Source: an uncultured Actinomycetota bacterium (GTDB lineage: Bacteria; Actinomycetota; Actinomycetes; Prado026). Taken from it: a stretch of 64,000 nt of DNA. Shown here in pieces: positions 11,901 to 19,319 of this stretch. The notes under the pieces were generated by a model, which made no database searches, was not told where the DNA came from, and saw only the letters and a program-made list of their open reading frames with translations. The DNA lies in contig CAVQCJ010000002.1 in NCBI GenBank assembly GCA_963711005.1, positions 475,729 to 539,728 on the forward strand, written 5' to 3'. Made by a program: the position numbers and the translations under genes. The first letter of the stretch is position 1. Each line of letters opens with the position of its first letter.

Positions 11901-13535
11901 CCACTGCATCTCCGGGCTGGCGCTGCCGTCCCAGCGCTCGCTGTCGAACAGCGCGAGCGGAGCGCGGTCCGTGGCGCTGCTCGGGATCGTCGAGTCGGGG
12001 GTTGCGGACGGGCTGTAGGTCGCGACGGACGACCCGGTGTTGCGCAGCGCGCTCGGGTCGGTCTGGTCGGCCGCCCAGTCCGGGCCGTCGTCGACCGAGG
12101 CGATCGCCGGGCCGGCCGCGTTCACGCGGTACAGGACGCTCGGGTCGGTGCCGGCCGTCGGGCTGCCCAGCAGGTAGACGTCGTTGGGAAGCGTGCCCAC
12201 GACGTGCGGCGGCATCGGGGAGCCGCCGACCAGTGGGAACAACGCGATCCGGTAGCGGTTCTCCCCGCCGATCAGGGTGGTGTCGCTGCCGACCCACAGG
12301 CCCTGCGAGGTGGCCAGCATGTCGAACACACCGACACCGCGCTCGCGGCCGGGGTTCCAGGACAGCGGCAGGCCGGTGGCGGGGTCGAGCGCGGCGATGC
12401 CCTCGCGCGGGACCGCGCCCGGGCCGGCCGCGTCGCCCGCGAGCGGGTTGTTCGCCCAGCGAAAGTGACCACCCACGTACACCGCGGTGCCGCTGATCGC
12501 GACGGCGTACGTCGTGTCGCCGCCGGTGACGTTGCGCCACACCGGCACCTGGGCGGGGTTCTCGTTCGTCAGGTCCCAGCGGGTCTGGGTGTCGCACGGG
12601 CTGGTCTGGCCGCCGTAGGCACCCGTGGTCGAGACGACCGCGTAGGTGCCGTCGGGGGAGATGTCCAGGTCGCGCATGTACGTGTCGAACGAGTGCGAGC
12701 AGCCCGGCGCGAAGAACGTCGTCGACCAGGTCGAGACGACGGAGGCCGCCCCCGAGGTGTTGAGCAGGACCAGCAGGTCACGGTCGAGGCCGTCGACCGT
12801 GGAGAAGTTGCCGATGGCCATGACCCGGTTGCCGTCGGGCGTCGCGTCGATCTTCGTGACCGCGAGGACACCGCCGTTGTGCGGGCCGGCGAAGGTGTGC
12901 TGCATGAACGAGGTCAGCTTGCCGGTGGTCGGGTCCAGCGACGCCAGCTGGCCGCGCGCGACCCCGCCGACGGTGGTGAACTGGCCGGCGATGATCAGCT
13001 GCCCGCGCACCAGCCGGATGTCCTGCACGTTCGAGTTCGGGATCGCGGCCTTGAACCCGGGCACCACGGCGCCGGTCGTGACGTCGAGCCGCGTCAGCTT
13101 GCGCGTGGTCACACCGTTGACTGTGTTGAAGTAGCCGCCCACGTACACCGACGTCCCGTCGCCGGACGGGATGATCGCCTGCACCGAGTTGTCCAGCGTC
13201 GGGTGGAACGTCGAGCTGATGATGCCGGTCGTCGCGTCGAACGCCACGATGTACGGCTGGCTGATCACCGGGGCGCCCACGGTGTTCTGCTGCTCCTGCG
13301 TGAACGTGCCGCCGAGCACCATCGTGCTGCCGACCTGCGCGATCGCGTCGACCTCGCCGTCGAGGACGTTGGGAGTCCAGTTCGCGGGGTCTGCCGTCAC
13401 GATCGTCGACTGCGGGGTCTGCACCGCCCAGGCGGCCCCCGCACCCATCCCCACCGCAGTGGTCACGAACGTCGCCATCGCCGCGGCCACAGCCGCGAAG
13501 CGCCGGATGCTCAATGTGTCCTCCACGCCGAGCAC
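8952..13535 (-). CDS. large secreted multidomain protein: beta-propeller repeats, malectin-like carbohydrate-binding domain, second propeller-like region, 3 PKD domains, 2 copies of an unassigned ~215-aa domain
   Basis: 1527 aa. N-terminal signal peptide (AAMATFVTTAVGMGAGAAWA). Repeated ...VYVGGxFxxVxG... propeller blades. Malectin-like block (VLYRVNAGG...WxxDQ...IFSVQIDG...NGIEII). Three PKD units (FDxSxSxDPDGxxxxYxWxFGDG). Confidence 0.85.
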   Translation of the reverse strand: MLGVEDTLSIRRFAAVAAAMATFVTTAVGMGAGAAWAVQTPQSTIVTADPANWTPNVLDGEVDAIAQVGSTMVLGGTFTQEQQNTVGAPVISQPYIVAFDATTGIISSTFHPTLDNSVQAIIPSGDGTSVYVGGYFNTVNGVTTRKLTRLDVTTGAVVPGFKAAIPNSNVQDIRLVRGQLIIAGQFTTVGGVARGQLASLDPTTGKLTSFMQHTFAGPHNGGVLAVTKIDATPDGNRVMAIGNFSTVDGLDRDLLVLLNTSGAASVVSTWSTTFFAPGCSHSFDTYMRDLDISPDGTYAVVSTTGAYGGQTSPCDTQTRWDLTNENPAQVPVWRNVTGGDTTYAVAISGTAVYVGGHFRWANNPLAGDAAGPGAVPREGIAALDPATGLPLSWNPGRERGVGVFDMLATSQGLWVGSDTTLIGGENRYRIALFPLVGGSPMPPHVVGTLPNDVYLLGSPTAGTDPSVLYRVNAAGPAIASVDDGPDWAADQTDPSALRNTGSSVATYSPSATPDSTIPSSATDRAPLALFDSERWDGSASPEMQWHFPVPAGTHVTVRLYMANRCTCTQNPNQRIFSVQIDGSTVASNIDLAKTYGQNVAHMMSFTRTSDGSVDLTFVHQVENPLVNGIEIINNDVTPGPGVGADVVRRQFVNGTSATPTNPSTIPSTETWGQSRGSFFVDGTLYSGWADSTLRARSFDGTTFGPSANVTLFASNFTADLPNITGIAYLNGRIYYTLANDNNLYWRWFTTESQIVGSIRNTVVNGSAMSPNRVAGMFASGTTLYFADKSDGHLYSAQLNGVGGGTLSEGTVAGAATLVNSAMDWRARGDFVWNGTPALSPNVPPTATATASCSVNVCTFDGSTSVDPDGNIATYDWTFGDGSQHGAAATMSHPYTTGGTYTATLTVTDNRGATATSTVQVSPASPPNLPPVAAFSPVCTALSCSFDASTSFDPDGTVTGYAWNFGDGQTATGSTTTHTFAAGGTFPVQLTVTDSASATGSTTLQVQVVDSAPAAIGFRGGAKASVSAAAAKVTVPAAVQTGDVMVLFATSNSNNAVSADPAGWTFLGERTSGSPDLRTRLYDKVATGTDAGSTVTVTYAASNKVDLQLGAYTGVDPANPVAVFASAGETTSRTGHATPGASAPVNGSWVLSYWTDKSTATTTWTVPGTLTVRGQSAGTGSGHLTSALADTNAGVAPGASAGVTATADSASAKATMWTLVLAPNGAPPPPNQPPVAAFTSSCTGLSCTFDGSTSSDPDGTVVSYAWSFGDTGTASTASTSHTFATQGTYTVALTVTDDDGAPTTKTVNLTVAPLASSHIAFRATASAQANSAVQKITVPAAVQSGDVMLLFASSNNGTAPTVDPAGWTLVGERTSGAPDIRTRLYEKVATGADAGTQLSLTYAAVNKVDLVIAAYSGVDPTTPIASFASAGETTARAGHTTPGATVGSAGSWVLSYWADKSSATTTWTVPAGQTQRSLSVGTSSGRVTSLLTDTNAVVPTGPVAGLTATADSSSAKATMWTVVLHVAP
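8955..10751 (-). repeat. in-frame tandem duplication of a [PKD + ~215-aa domain] module (units about 8955-9842 and 9843-10751) inside the 1527-aa CDS
   Basis: The two protein units (296 and 303 aa) align colinearly. Both start PPVAAF(S/T)..C..LSC.FD.S.S.DPDGTV..YAW.FGD. Both end ...ATADS.SAKATMWT.VL. Unit borders were located at the PPVAAF codons (9822-9842 and about 10731-10751). Confidence 0.8.
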
Positions 13536-13774
13536 ACGCCCGTGGCCCGTGGCACCGGCCCGGTCCCCCTCCCCAGGGTCACCGCGGCCTCGCCTGTCCG
13601 GGTCGTCCGTGTGCTGTCCCGAAGCGCCCGCCCTCGCACGCGCCAGTGGTCATCATCACCCGGTGTGGAAAACGGTGGCCACCAGTCGTGACGCATTGCG
13701 ACCGAGCGGTGTGCCGGACTGTCCGAACGGCCGATACGGGTCAGGCTCGACTCTGACGGTGCGTGACCCGATCG

Positions 13775-14581
13775 CTACGACAGGTGCGCCGGTTCCCAGG
13801 GACGGAGTACGTCCAGGTCCTCGAGGTCGTAACCGTACGCAGCCGCACGCGGGCCGTAGTCCCGGACCAGCGAACGACGCAACGAGCGCCGCCACGGCCT
13901 GCGGTCCTCGGCCAGCGCGGCCCACCGGGCGGCGTACGCGTCGCTGCGGCCGGCCTGCCAGGCGGAGGCGTCCACCGGGCCGTCGAGCTCGAGGAACCGG
14001 CCGATCGCGTCGAGCTCACCCACCGGGTCGCGCACCAGCTCCTCGTACCGCACGACGTGGACCGCGCGCAGCGACGGCAGGTCCGCGAGGAACGTGTCGT
14101 GGGCGGCGAACCAGTTGGCCATCGGCGTGCGCAGGCTCCGGCCGCGCAGCCACTTGTCCGTGCCGAGCGAGACGACCACCGGGTGCCGGACGATCATCAC
14201 GAACCGCGCCTGCGGGAACAGCCCCTGCAGGAACCGGCTCATCACCAGGTTCGGCGGCGACTTCTCCACCAGCACCGGGCGGTCCAGGTCCCAGTGCGGC
14301 GACCAGGCAGCCGCGAGCCGGCGGGCGCTGTCCTGAGTGGCCAGCGGGGAGTCCTCGGTCAGGTGCGAGCGCGGGTCCAGCGCGAAGCGGCCCGCGCCGC
14401 CGTACGCCCGGGCCGGCGGGTAGACGTCCTGCAGGTGCTGGCCCTCGTCCTCGGTGGCGGACGTGCCGCTGAACCCGGCGACCTGCGGGTGGCCGGCCAG
14501 CACCCTGGTCAGCGGGGTGGTCCCGCTGCGGTGGGTCCCCCCGACGAAGACCAGGCGGTGGTCGGCGAGCGGTGCGCTCAC
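13775..14581 (-). CDS. sulfotransferase family protein (PAPS-dependent type), ST-1
   Basis: 268 aa. 5'-PSB-like loop VFVGGTHRSGTTPL near the N-terminus. 3'-PB-like IVRHPVVVS. The GTG start overlaps the upstream GH26 stop in a GTGA at 14578-14581. Confidence 0.75.
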   Translation of the reverse strand: MSAPLADHRLVFVGGTHRSGTTPLTRVLAGHPQVAGFSGTSATEDEGQHLQDVYPPARAYGGAGRFALDPRSHLTEDSPLATQDSARRLAAAWSPHWDLDRPVLVEKSPPNLVMSRFLQGLFPQARFVMIVRHPVVVSLGTDKWLRGRSLRTPMANWFAAHDTFLADLPSLRAVHVVRYEELVRDPVGELDAIGRFLELDGPVDASAWQAGRSDAYAARWAALAEDRRPWRRSLRRSLVRDYGPRAAAYGYDLEDLDVLRPWEPAHLS

Positions 14582-15606
14582 CCGCCGCCGCCCTGACCCG
14601 TGTTGAAGTACGCCTGCTTGGCCATGGCCGTGAACGCGTGCCAGGGGTCGGTCCCCGGGACCAGGCTGAAGTCGCGGTCGCGGCCGCCGTCCTGGTGCCG
14701 GGCGTCGTAGTACACGACGCCCTTCACCTGCGGGTGCGCCCTGACGAACGCAGCAGTCCCGTTCATCCAGGCCAGCCGCTGCCCGGGCTCCGCGTCCTCC
14801 GCCCCGTACTCGCCGATCAGCACCGGCTTGTCATGGCTGGCGGCCCAGGCCAGGAACTCCGCGGACACCTGCGCGAAGCTGAGGTAGTCCGGCCCCGGGT
14901 AGACGTCGGTGCACAGCCACTCGACCTGGTCGTCCCCGGGGTAGTAGGCGGGACCGCCGGTCGCCTGGAAGTCGGTGGCGATGGGGCACCACACCCAGGC
15001 CGCGTTGGTGGCGCCGACCTCGGTGAAGATCTTCCGGATGTGCTTCCACGCGGCGACGTAGTCGGCCGCGCTCCACACACTGCCGGCCAGGTTCGGGCGG
15101 TTCATCTCCCAGCGCCAGCGCAGCAGGATCGGCGCGCCCAGCGCCTTGACCTCCTCGGCCCGGGCCTTGATCTGCTCGTCGTAGCGCCCGGTCACGATCA
15201 CCCGGGTGTCGGCCCCGGACCACGACAGCAGCAGCGTGCGGCCCTGGGCGACGAAGTTCTTGTCCGCGTCGCTGGGGAAGTCGTCCTCCCACTGGTGGTA
15301 GACCTGCACGACGTCCAGCGAACGACCCAGGCTCCTCTCGAACTTCGCGACCGCGGCGACCTGGCCGCTCTGCGTCGGCACCTCGGGCTTGACCCACGCG
15401 CCGACCCACGCACCGCTGGACGGAGGCTGCGGCCCACGGGCCGGCGGCGCGGACGGCCCGCTCGCCGTCGGCACGCTCACGGTCGGCACCGGAGCCCCTG
15501 CGTCCGGGCTGGCCCCGCCGTAGGTACCGACGAGCAGCGCGTACGCGAGGCCGATCATCGCGAGCGCGGTGGCGAAGACCAGCCAGCGCCCCCGTCGGCT
15601 CAGCAC
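14578..15606 (-). CDS. membrane-anchored glycoside hydrolase, GH26-like
   Basis: N-terminal TM helix (WLVFATALAMIGLAYALLVG). GH26-type motifs LLRWRWEMN (acid/base Glu) and VLIGEYG (nucleophile Glu). The start is trimmed to GTG 15606, which has a GGAGG SD 5 nt upstream, immediately after the Wzx stop (15617). Confidence 0.7.
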   Translation of the reverse strand: MLSRRGRWLVFATALAMIGLAYALLVGTYGGASPDAGAPVPTVSVPTASGPSAPPARGPQPPSSGAWVGAWVKPEVPTQSGQVAAVAKFERSLGRSLDVVQVYHQWEDDFPSDADKNFVAQGRTLLLSWSGADTRVIVTGRYDEQIKARAEEVKALGAPILLRWRWEMNRPNLAGSVWSAADYVAAWKHIRKIFTEVGATNAAWVWCPIATDFQATGGPAYYPGDDQVEWLCTDVYPGPDYLSFAQVSAEFLAWAASHDKPVLIGEYGAEDAEPGQRLAWMNGTAAFVRAHPQVKGVVYYDARHQDGGRDRDFSLVPGTDPWHAFTAMAKQAYFNTGQGGGG

Positions 15607-15616
15607 GTCGGCCTCC

Positions 15617-17191
15617 TCATCGCGCGGCCCCGGCGTGCGCACCGCGGCGGCGCCGCTTCGTCGCCCGGACGAGCGCGTCCAGCTCGAAGACATCCTTCAG
15701 CCGCCAGGACGTGGCAGCGTACCCGGCGAAGCCCACGACGACGGCGCCGGCCAGCACCGGGCCGCTGGTCCCGAACGCCAGCCCGGTCACGAACGGCAGC
15801 ACACCGAGCCAGGAGCCGGCGACGAGCATGGCCAGAAGCGTGCCGCGGCCGAACGGGTGCAGCCGCATCGACACCGCGAGCTGGGTGAGCGGGAGGACGT
15901 TGTTGACGACGATGCCGGCGGCCCAGCCGATGGCCGCGCCGAGGATGCCCAGGTGGGTGCTCGTCAGCAGGTAGTAGCTGAGGCTGATGTTCACGACCAG
16001 AGCGATCGTGGCGTTCATGAGCGTCCACGTGGTCTTGCCGGCCATCGCCAGCACGGCGTCGACCATGCCCGACGCCGTCGCGAACAGCATCGCGCCGGCG
16101 AGCACCACGAGCACGGCCGTGCCGGAGTTGTACCCGTGCCCGAAGATCAGCGGGATCTGCCGGGAGAACACCGCGAGCAGCAGGTAGACCGGCCAGCACA
16201 GCAGCACCAGCCAGCAGGTCGACACCTGGTAGATGTGCAACGCGCCGTCGTGGTCCTCCTTGACCATGAGCGCGCCGATCTGCGGCTGCACCGCGGCGGT
16301 GATCGCCTGCGAGCCGAGCTGGCCGAAGACCAGGAAGCGGGTGACCGCCGCGTACACGGCGGCATGCGCGGGCCCGAGCACCGCCGACACCAGCACGATC
16401 CCGAGCCGCTGCAGCGCGATCTGCACGATGCTCTGCATCGCCCTCGGGGTGGTGAACCGCCAGAACTCCACCCACGGCGTCGGGGACTGGCCGCGGCCGA
16501 TCCCGGCCCGGCGCTCGGCGCGGGCCACCAGCCGGTACGTCCAGACCAGCGCGACCGTCCCGCTGGCGGCGTACGGCAGCGCCCAGGCCAGGCTGAGCCA
16601 GCCGGCCGCGAACGCGCCGACGGCCGCGCCGAGCGCGATCGCCACCAGGGTGAACACGACCTGCAGGACCGGGCGGCCCATCCGCTCCACCACGACCAGC
16701 GGCTTCATGCTGCCGAACGCGCGGGTGGCGTACAGCAGCGAGTCCGAGATGGCCGCGATCGGGATCAGCAGGGCGAGCAGCCGGATCGAGACCAGCGCCG
16801 GCTCCTGGTGCGAGCCGGCCATCCAGTGCGCGAGCGGGCTGCCGAACGCGAGCAGCAGCAGGCTCAGCAGGATCGAGCCGATGACCACCGGCACCAGACC
16901 CGCGCGCAGGATCGCCCGCAGGGTACCGACCTTGTCGAGCGTCCTGGCCCGGACCAGGAAGTACATCAGCCCGGTCGGGCAGCCCAGCCGCGCCGCGGTC
17001 TCCGCGATCAGGAACAGCGAGGTGGCGGCGAAGACCACTCCGGCGGTGACCCGCCCGGCCGCGTGGATGACGACGAGCACGAGCACGAGGTTGAGCACCG
17101 CCGAGACGCCGGCGCCCACCAGCGCCAGCAGCCCGTCGCGGGCGAGCCGGTCGATCCGCTCGCCGGAGGCCGCCGTGGTGTCGACACTCAC
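15617..17191 (-). CDS. oligosaccharide/polysaccharide flippase (MOP superfamily, Wzx-like)
   Basis: About 524 aa. Hydrophobic multi-pass protein (about 12-14 predicted helices by eye) typical of Polysacc_synt/Wzx. GTG 17191 overlaps the upstream sulfotransferase stop as GTGA. Confidence 0.7.
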   Translation of the reverse strand: MSVDTTAASGERIDRLARDGLLALVGAGVSAVLNLVLVLVVIHAAGRVTAGVVFAATSLFLIAETAARLGCPTGLMYFLVRARTLDKVGTLRAILRAGLVPVVIGSILLSLLLLAFGSPLAHWMAGSHQEPALVSIRLLALLIPIAAISDSLLYATRAFGSMKPLVVVERMGRPVLQVVFTLVAIALGAAVGAFAAGWLSLAWALPYAASGTVALVWTYRLVARAERRAGIGRGQSPTPWVEFWRFTTPRAMQSIVQIALQRLGIVLVSAVLGPAHAAVYAAVTRFLVFGQLGSQAITAAVQPQIGALMVKEDHDGALHIYQVSTCWLVLLCWPVYLLLAVFSRQIPLIFGHGYNSGTAVLVVLAGAMLFATASGMVDAVLAMAGKTTWTLMNATIALVVNISLSYYLLTSTHLGILGAAIGWAAGIVVNNVLPLTQLAVSMRLHPFGRGTLLAMLVAGSWLGVLPFVTGLAFGTSGPVLAGAVVVGFAGYAATSWRLKDVFELDALVRATKRRRRGAHAGAAR

Positions 17192-17967
17192 GCGCGCCAC
17201 CCCGGCCGGCGGCCCAGCCACGCCTCCAACCGCTCGTCGTAGGGGCGGAAGTGCTCGTCCAGCCGCGCTGCGAGCCCGGGGTCCATCGGCGACCGCGGGC
17301 GGGCGTTGTGCTGCTCGAACACGGCGCCGTCGAACTCCGGGAGCCCGAGGAAGTCCAGCACCGCGCCGTACGCGTCCGCCGGGCGCTCGAAGAACTCCTG
17401 GCTGTCCACGACGTGCACCCGGTCGCGGCCGAACAGCTCGGCGAGCCGCTCGAGCTGGTCCACGTACTGCCCGCGGGTCAGGTACGCGTTGTGCTGCAGG
17501 TGGAAGCTGTCGTACGCGGGGTCGGCCCGCATCCGCGCCGCTTCGCCGGCGATCCGCTCCGGCTCGAGCTCCAGCGCACGCTCGAACGTCTCGGTCTCGA
17601 AGCCCCGCGCCTTCTCGTGCGTGTACGCGGAGATCGCGCGCTCGACCGGGTCTCGGACCAGGACGACCAGCCGGACGCCCGGCAGGTCGGCGGCGATCCG
17701 GTCGGCCGCCAGCGGGTGGAACATGTAGTACGGGCTCGACTCGCCGGTGATCGGAACCACGCCGACGCGGCCCTCGACCCGGCCGGCGGACACCCGCAGC
17801 GGGAAGTGGCTGCGGTACCAGGCCGGCCCGCGGTCGTAGTTCTTGTCGAAGTAGTGGATGCCCTTCTGCAGCGCCGGGGCGAGCACGGCCGGGTGCTGGC
17901 GCAGCGTCTTGAACATCGATGTCGTGCCGCAGCGCTGCGCGCCGACGATGAGGAACGCCGGTCGCAT
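17188..17967 (-). CDS. sulfotransferase (Sulfotransfer_1/3-like, PAPS-dependent), ST-2
   Basis: MRPAFLIVGAQRCGTTSMF (5'-PSB) and VLVRDPVERAISAY (3'-PB). The 466-aa track ORF has a spurious Arg/Gly-rich N-terminal extension. The start is set to ATG 17967 (alternative TTG 18048), downstream of the kinase-like gene stop at 18066. Confidence 0.8.
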   Translation of the reverse strand: MRPAFLIVGAQRCGTTSMFKTLRQHPAVLAPALQKGIHYFDKNYDRGPAWYRSHFPLRVSAGRVEGRVGVVPITGESSPYYMFHPLAADRIAADLPGVRLVVLVRDPVERAISAYTHEKARGFETETFERALELEPERIAGEAARMRADPAYDSFHLQHNAYLTRGQYVDQLERLAELFGRDRVHVVDSQEFFERPADAYGAVLDFLGLPEFDGAVFEQHNARPRSPMDPGLAARLDEHFRPYDERLEAWLGRRPGWRA

Positions 17968-18065
17968 GCGCGACGACGCGGTGGCCCGCCCGGCGGCCCG
18001 GCTGGCGACCCGCGCCCCCTTCAACAGCTGCCCGCGGACCCCGGTCAACCCTGCGCCACCCACGG

Positions 18066-19319
18066 TCAGTGCTCCTTCGTCTCGGCCGCGGCGGACGCGG
18101 GTCCCCGCACCGCCCCGGGCACGCTCTCCAGGACCGGCAGCAACCAGTCCCCGAGGCGGCCGACGGCCGCGCCGGCCCCGTCCTGGTCGTCCGCCGCGTA
18201 GCGCACGCCGATCCCCCAAAGGTACGCAGCGGCCGCCAGCGGCGCGTCCTGCGCCGGGACGCCGAACGGCGCGGTCAGCCGGGCGGCGTCGGCGAGCACG
18301 CGGCGCGCGGCCCCGCCCGGGTCGACGCCGGCGGAGATCGCCGCCTGCAGGCTCAGGTGCAGGGCGTCGAAACCGGCCGGCACACCGGTCTCGTACCGTT
18401 CCCAGTCCCAGACCAGCACGGCCCCGGGGACGACCGAGCAGTTGCCGGCGTTCCAGTCGCCGTGCCAGGCGCTCGGCACGAGCACGCAGCCGGCCGCGTC
18501 GGCCACCAGCCGGTCCCGGGCCGCCGCGAGCCGGCTCGCGACGTCGCCGGGTGGCAGCGCCTCGAGCGCAGCAACCGTCCGCCCCCACCAGGGCAGGTCA
18601 ACGAGCGCGGACGGCGTCCCGGTTCCGGTGCGGGCGACCGCGACCATGGCGTCGACCAGCCGAGCCCCGCCGCCGGGGTCGGCGGCCCGGCGGACCGGCA
18701 GCGGCGCCTGCACCAGCAACGGGTGCCCCTGCCACCCGCCCGAGTGCAGCACCTCGGGCACCCGGACCTGGCCGAGCCCGGTGTCGTCGGCGAGCTGGAG
18801 CAGGGCCGCGGTCTCCGCCCGTACCAGCCGGTCGGTCAGCGGGTTAGTGCCGAGCTTGGCGTAGGCGAGCAGCTTGCCTCGCGGCGACACCACCTGCAGC
18901 ACCGGTTTGCGGTTCGCCCGGGGCGGGCCGATGCGGATCCCGAGGCGGACGTCCTGACCGAGCAGGTCGGCCAGTGCCGAGTCGAGACCGTCCCTGGCTC
19001 CTTCGACCTGGGTCACCACCAGCCGGCCGGGCAGCAGCCGGCCGGCCAGCCCGACGCGGAAGGCCAAGGCCATGGAACGGTTCCGGACCGCCGCGCGGGT
19101 CGAGCCGGCCGCCGCCTGGCCGCGCGCGACAGCGGACGCCGCGGCCCACGGCCGCAACGGGACGGCGAGCCGGGCGTCGTCGACCGAGGGCAGCAGCGCG
19201 TAGGCGGTCGAACCGGGCTCCCGCCGAGCTTCGGCGAGGTCGCGGACGGTGCCGACGCGCACCCGCGCCGGAGCCGGCCACAGCAGGGCCGCCGCGTCGG
19301 CGAGGGACCCGCCGCTCAC
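18066..19319 (-). CDS. phosphotransferase-family (APH/choline-kinase-like) protein
   Basis: 417 aa. Brenner-type catalytic motif HGDWNAGN followed by VWDWE (metal-binding Asp). GTG 19319 overlaps the Wzy-like stop as GTGA (19316-19319). The rest of the 862-aa track ORF is a shadow extension. Confidence 0.6.
   Translation of the reverse strand: MSGGSLADAAALLWPAPARVRVGTVRDLAEARREPGSTAYALLPSVDDARLAVPLRPWAAASAVARGQAAAGSTRAAVRNRSMALAFRVGLAGRLLPGRLVVTQVEGARDGLDSALADLLGQDVRLGIRIGPPRANRKPVLQVVSPRGKLLAYAKLGTNPLTDRLVRAETAALLQLADDTGLGQVRVPEVLHSGGWQGHPLLVQAPLPVRRAADPGGGARLVDAMVAVARTGTGTPSALVDLPWWGRTVAALEALPPGDVASRLAAARDRLVADAAGCVLVPSAWHGDWNAGNCSVVPGAVLVWDWERYETGVPAGFDALHLSLQAAISAGVDPGGAARRVLADAARLTAPFGVPAQDAPLAAAAYLWGIGVRYAADDQDGAGAAVGRLGDWLLPVLESVPGAVRGPASAAAETKEH

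Noticed and set aside
9222-13691. 1489-aa plus-strand ORF antisense to the PKD/malectin gene, plus many 60-480-aa ORFs in the same span
   Set aside because: This is the typical stop-codon-poor antisense frame of high-GC coding DNA. The translation is an Arg/Gly/Asp-rich repeat. The minus-strand frame has a signal peptide and clear domains.
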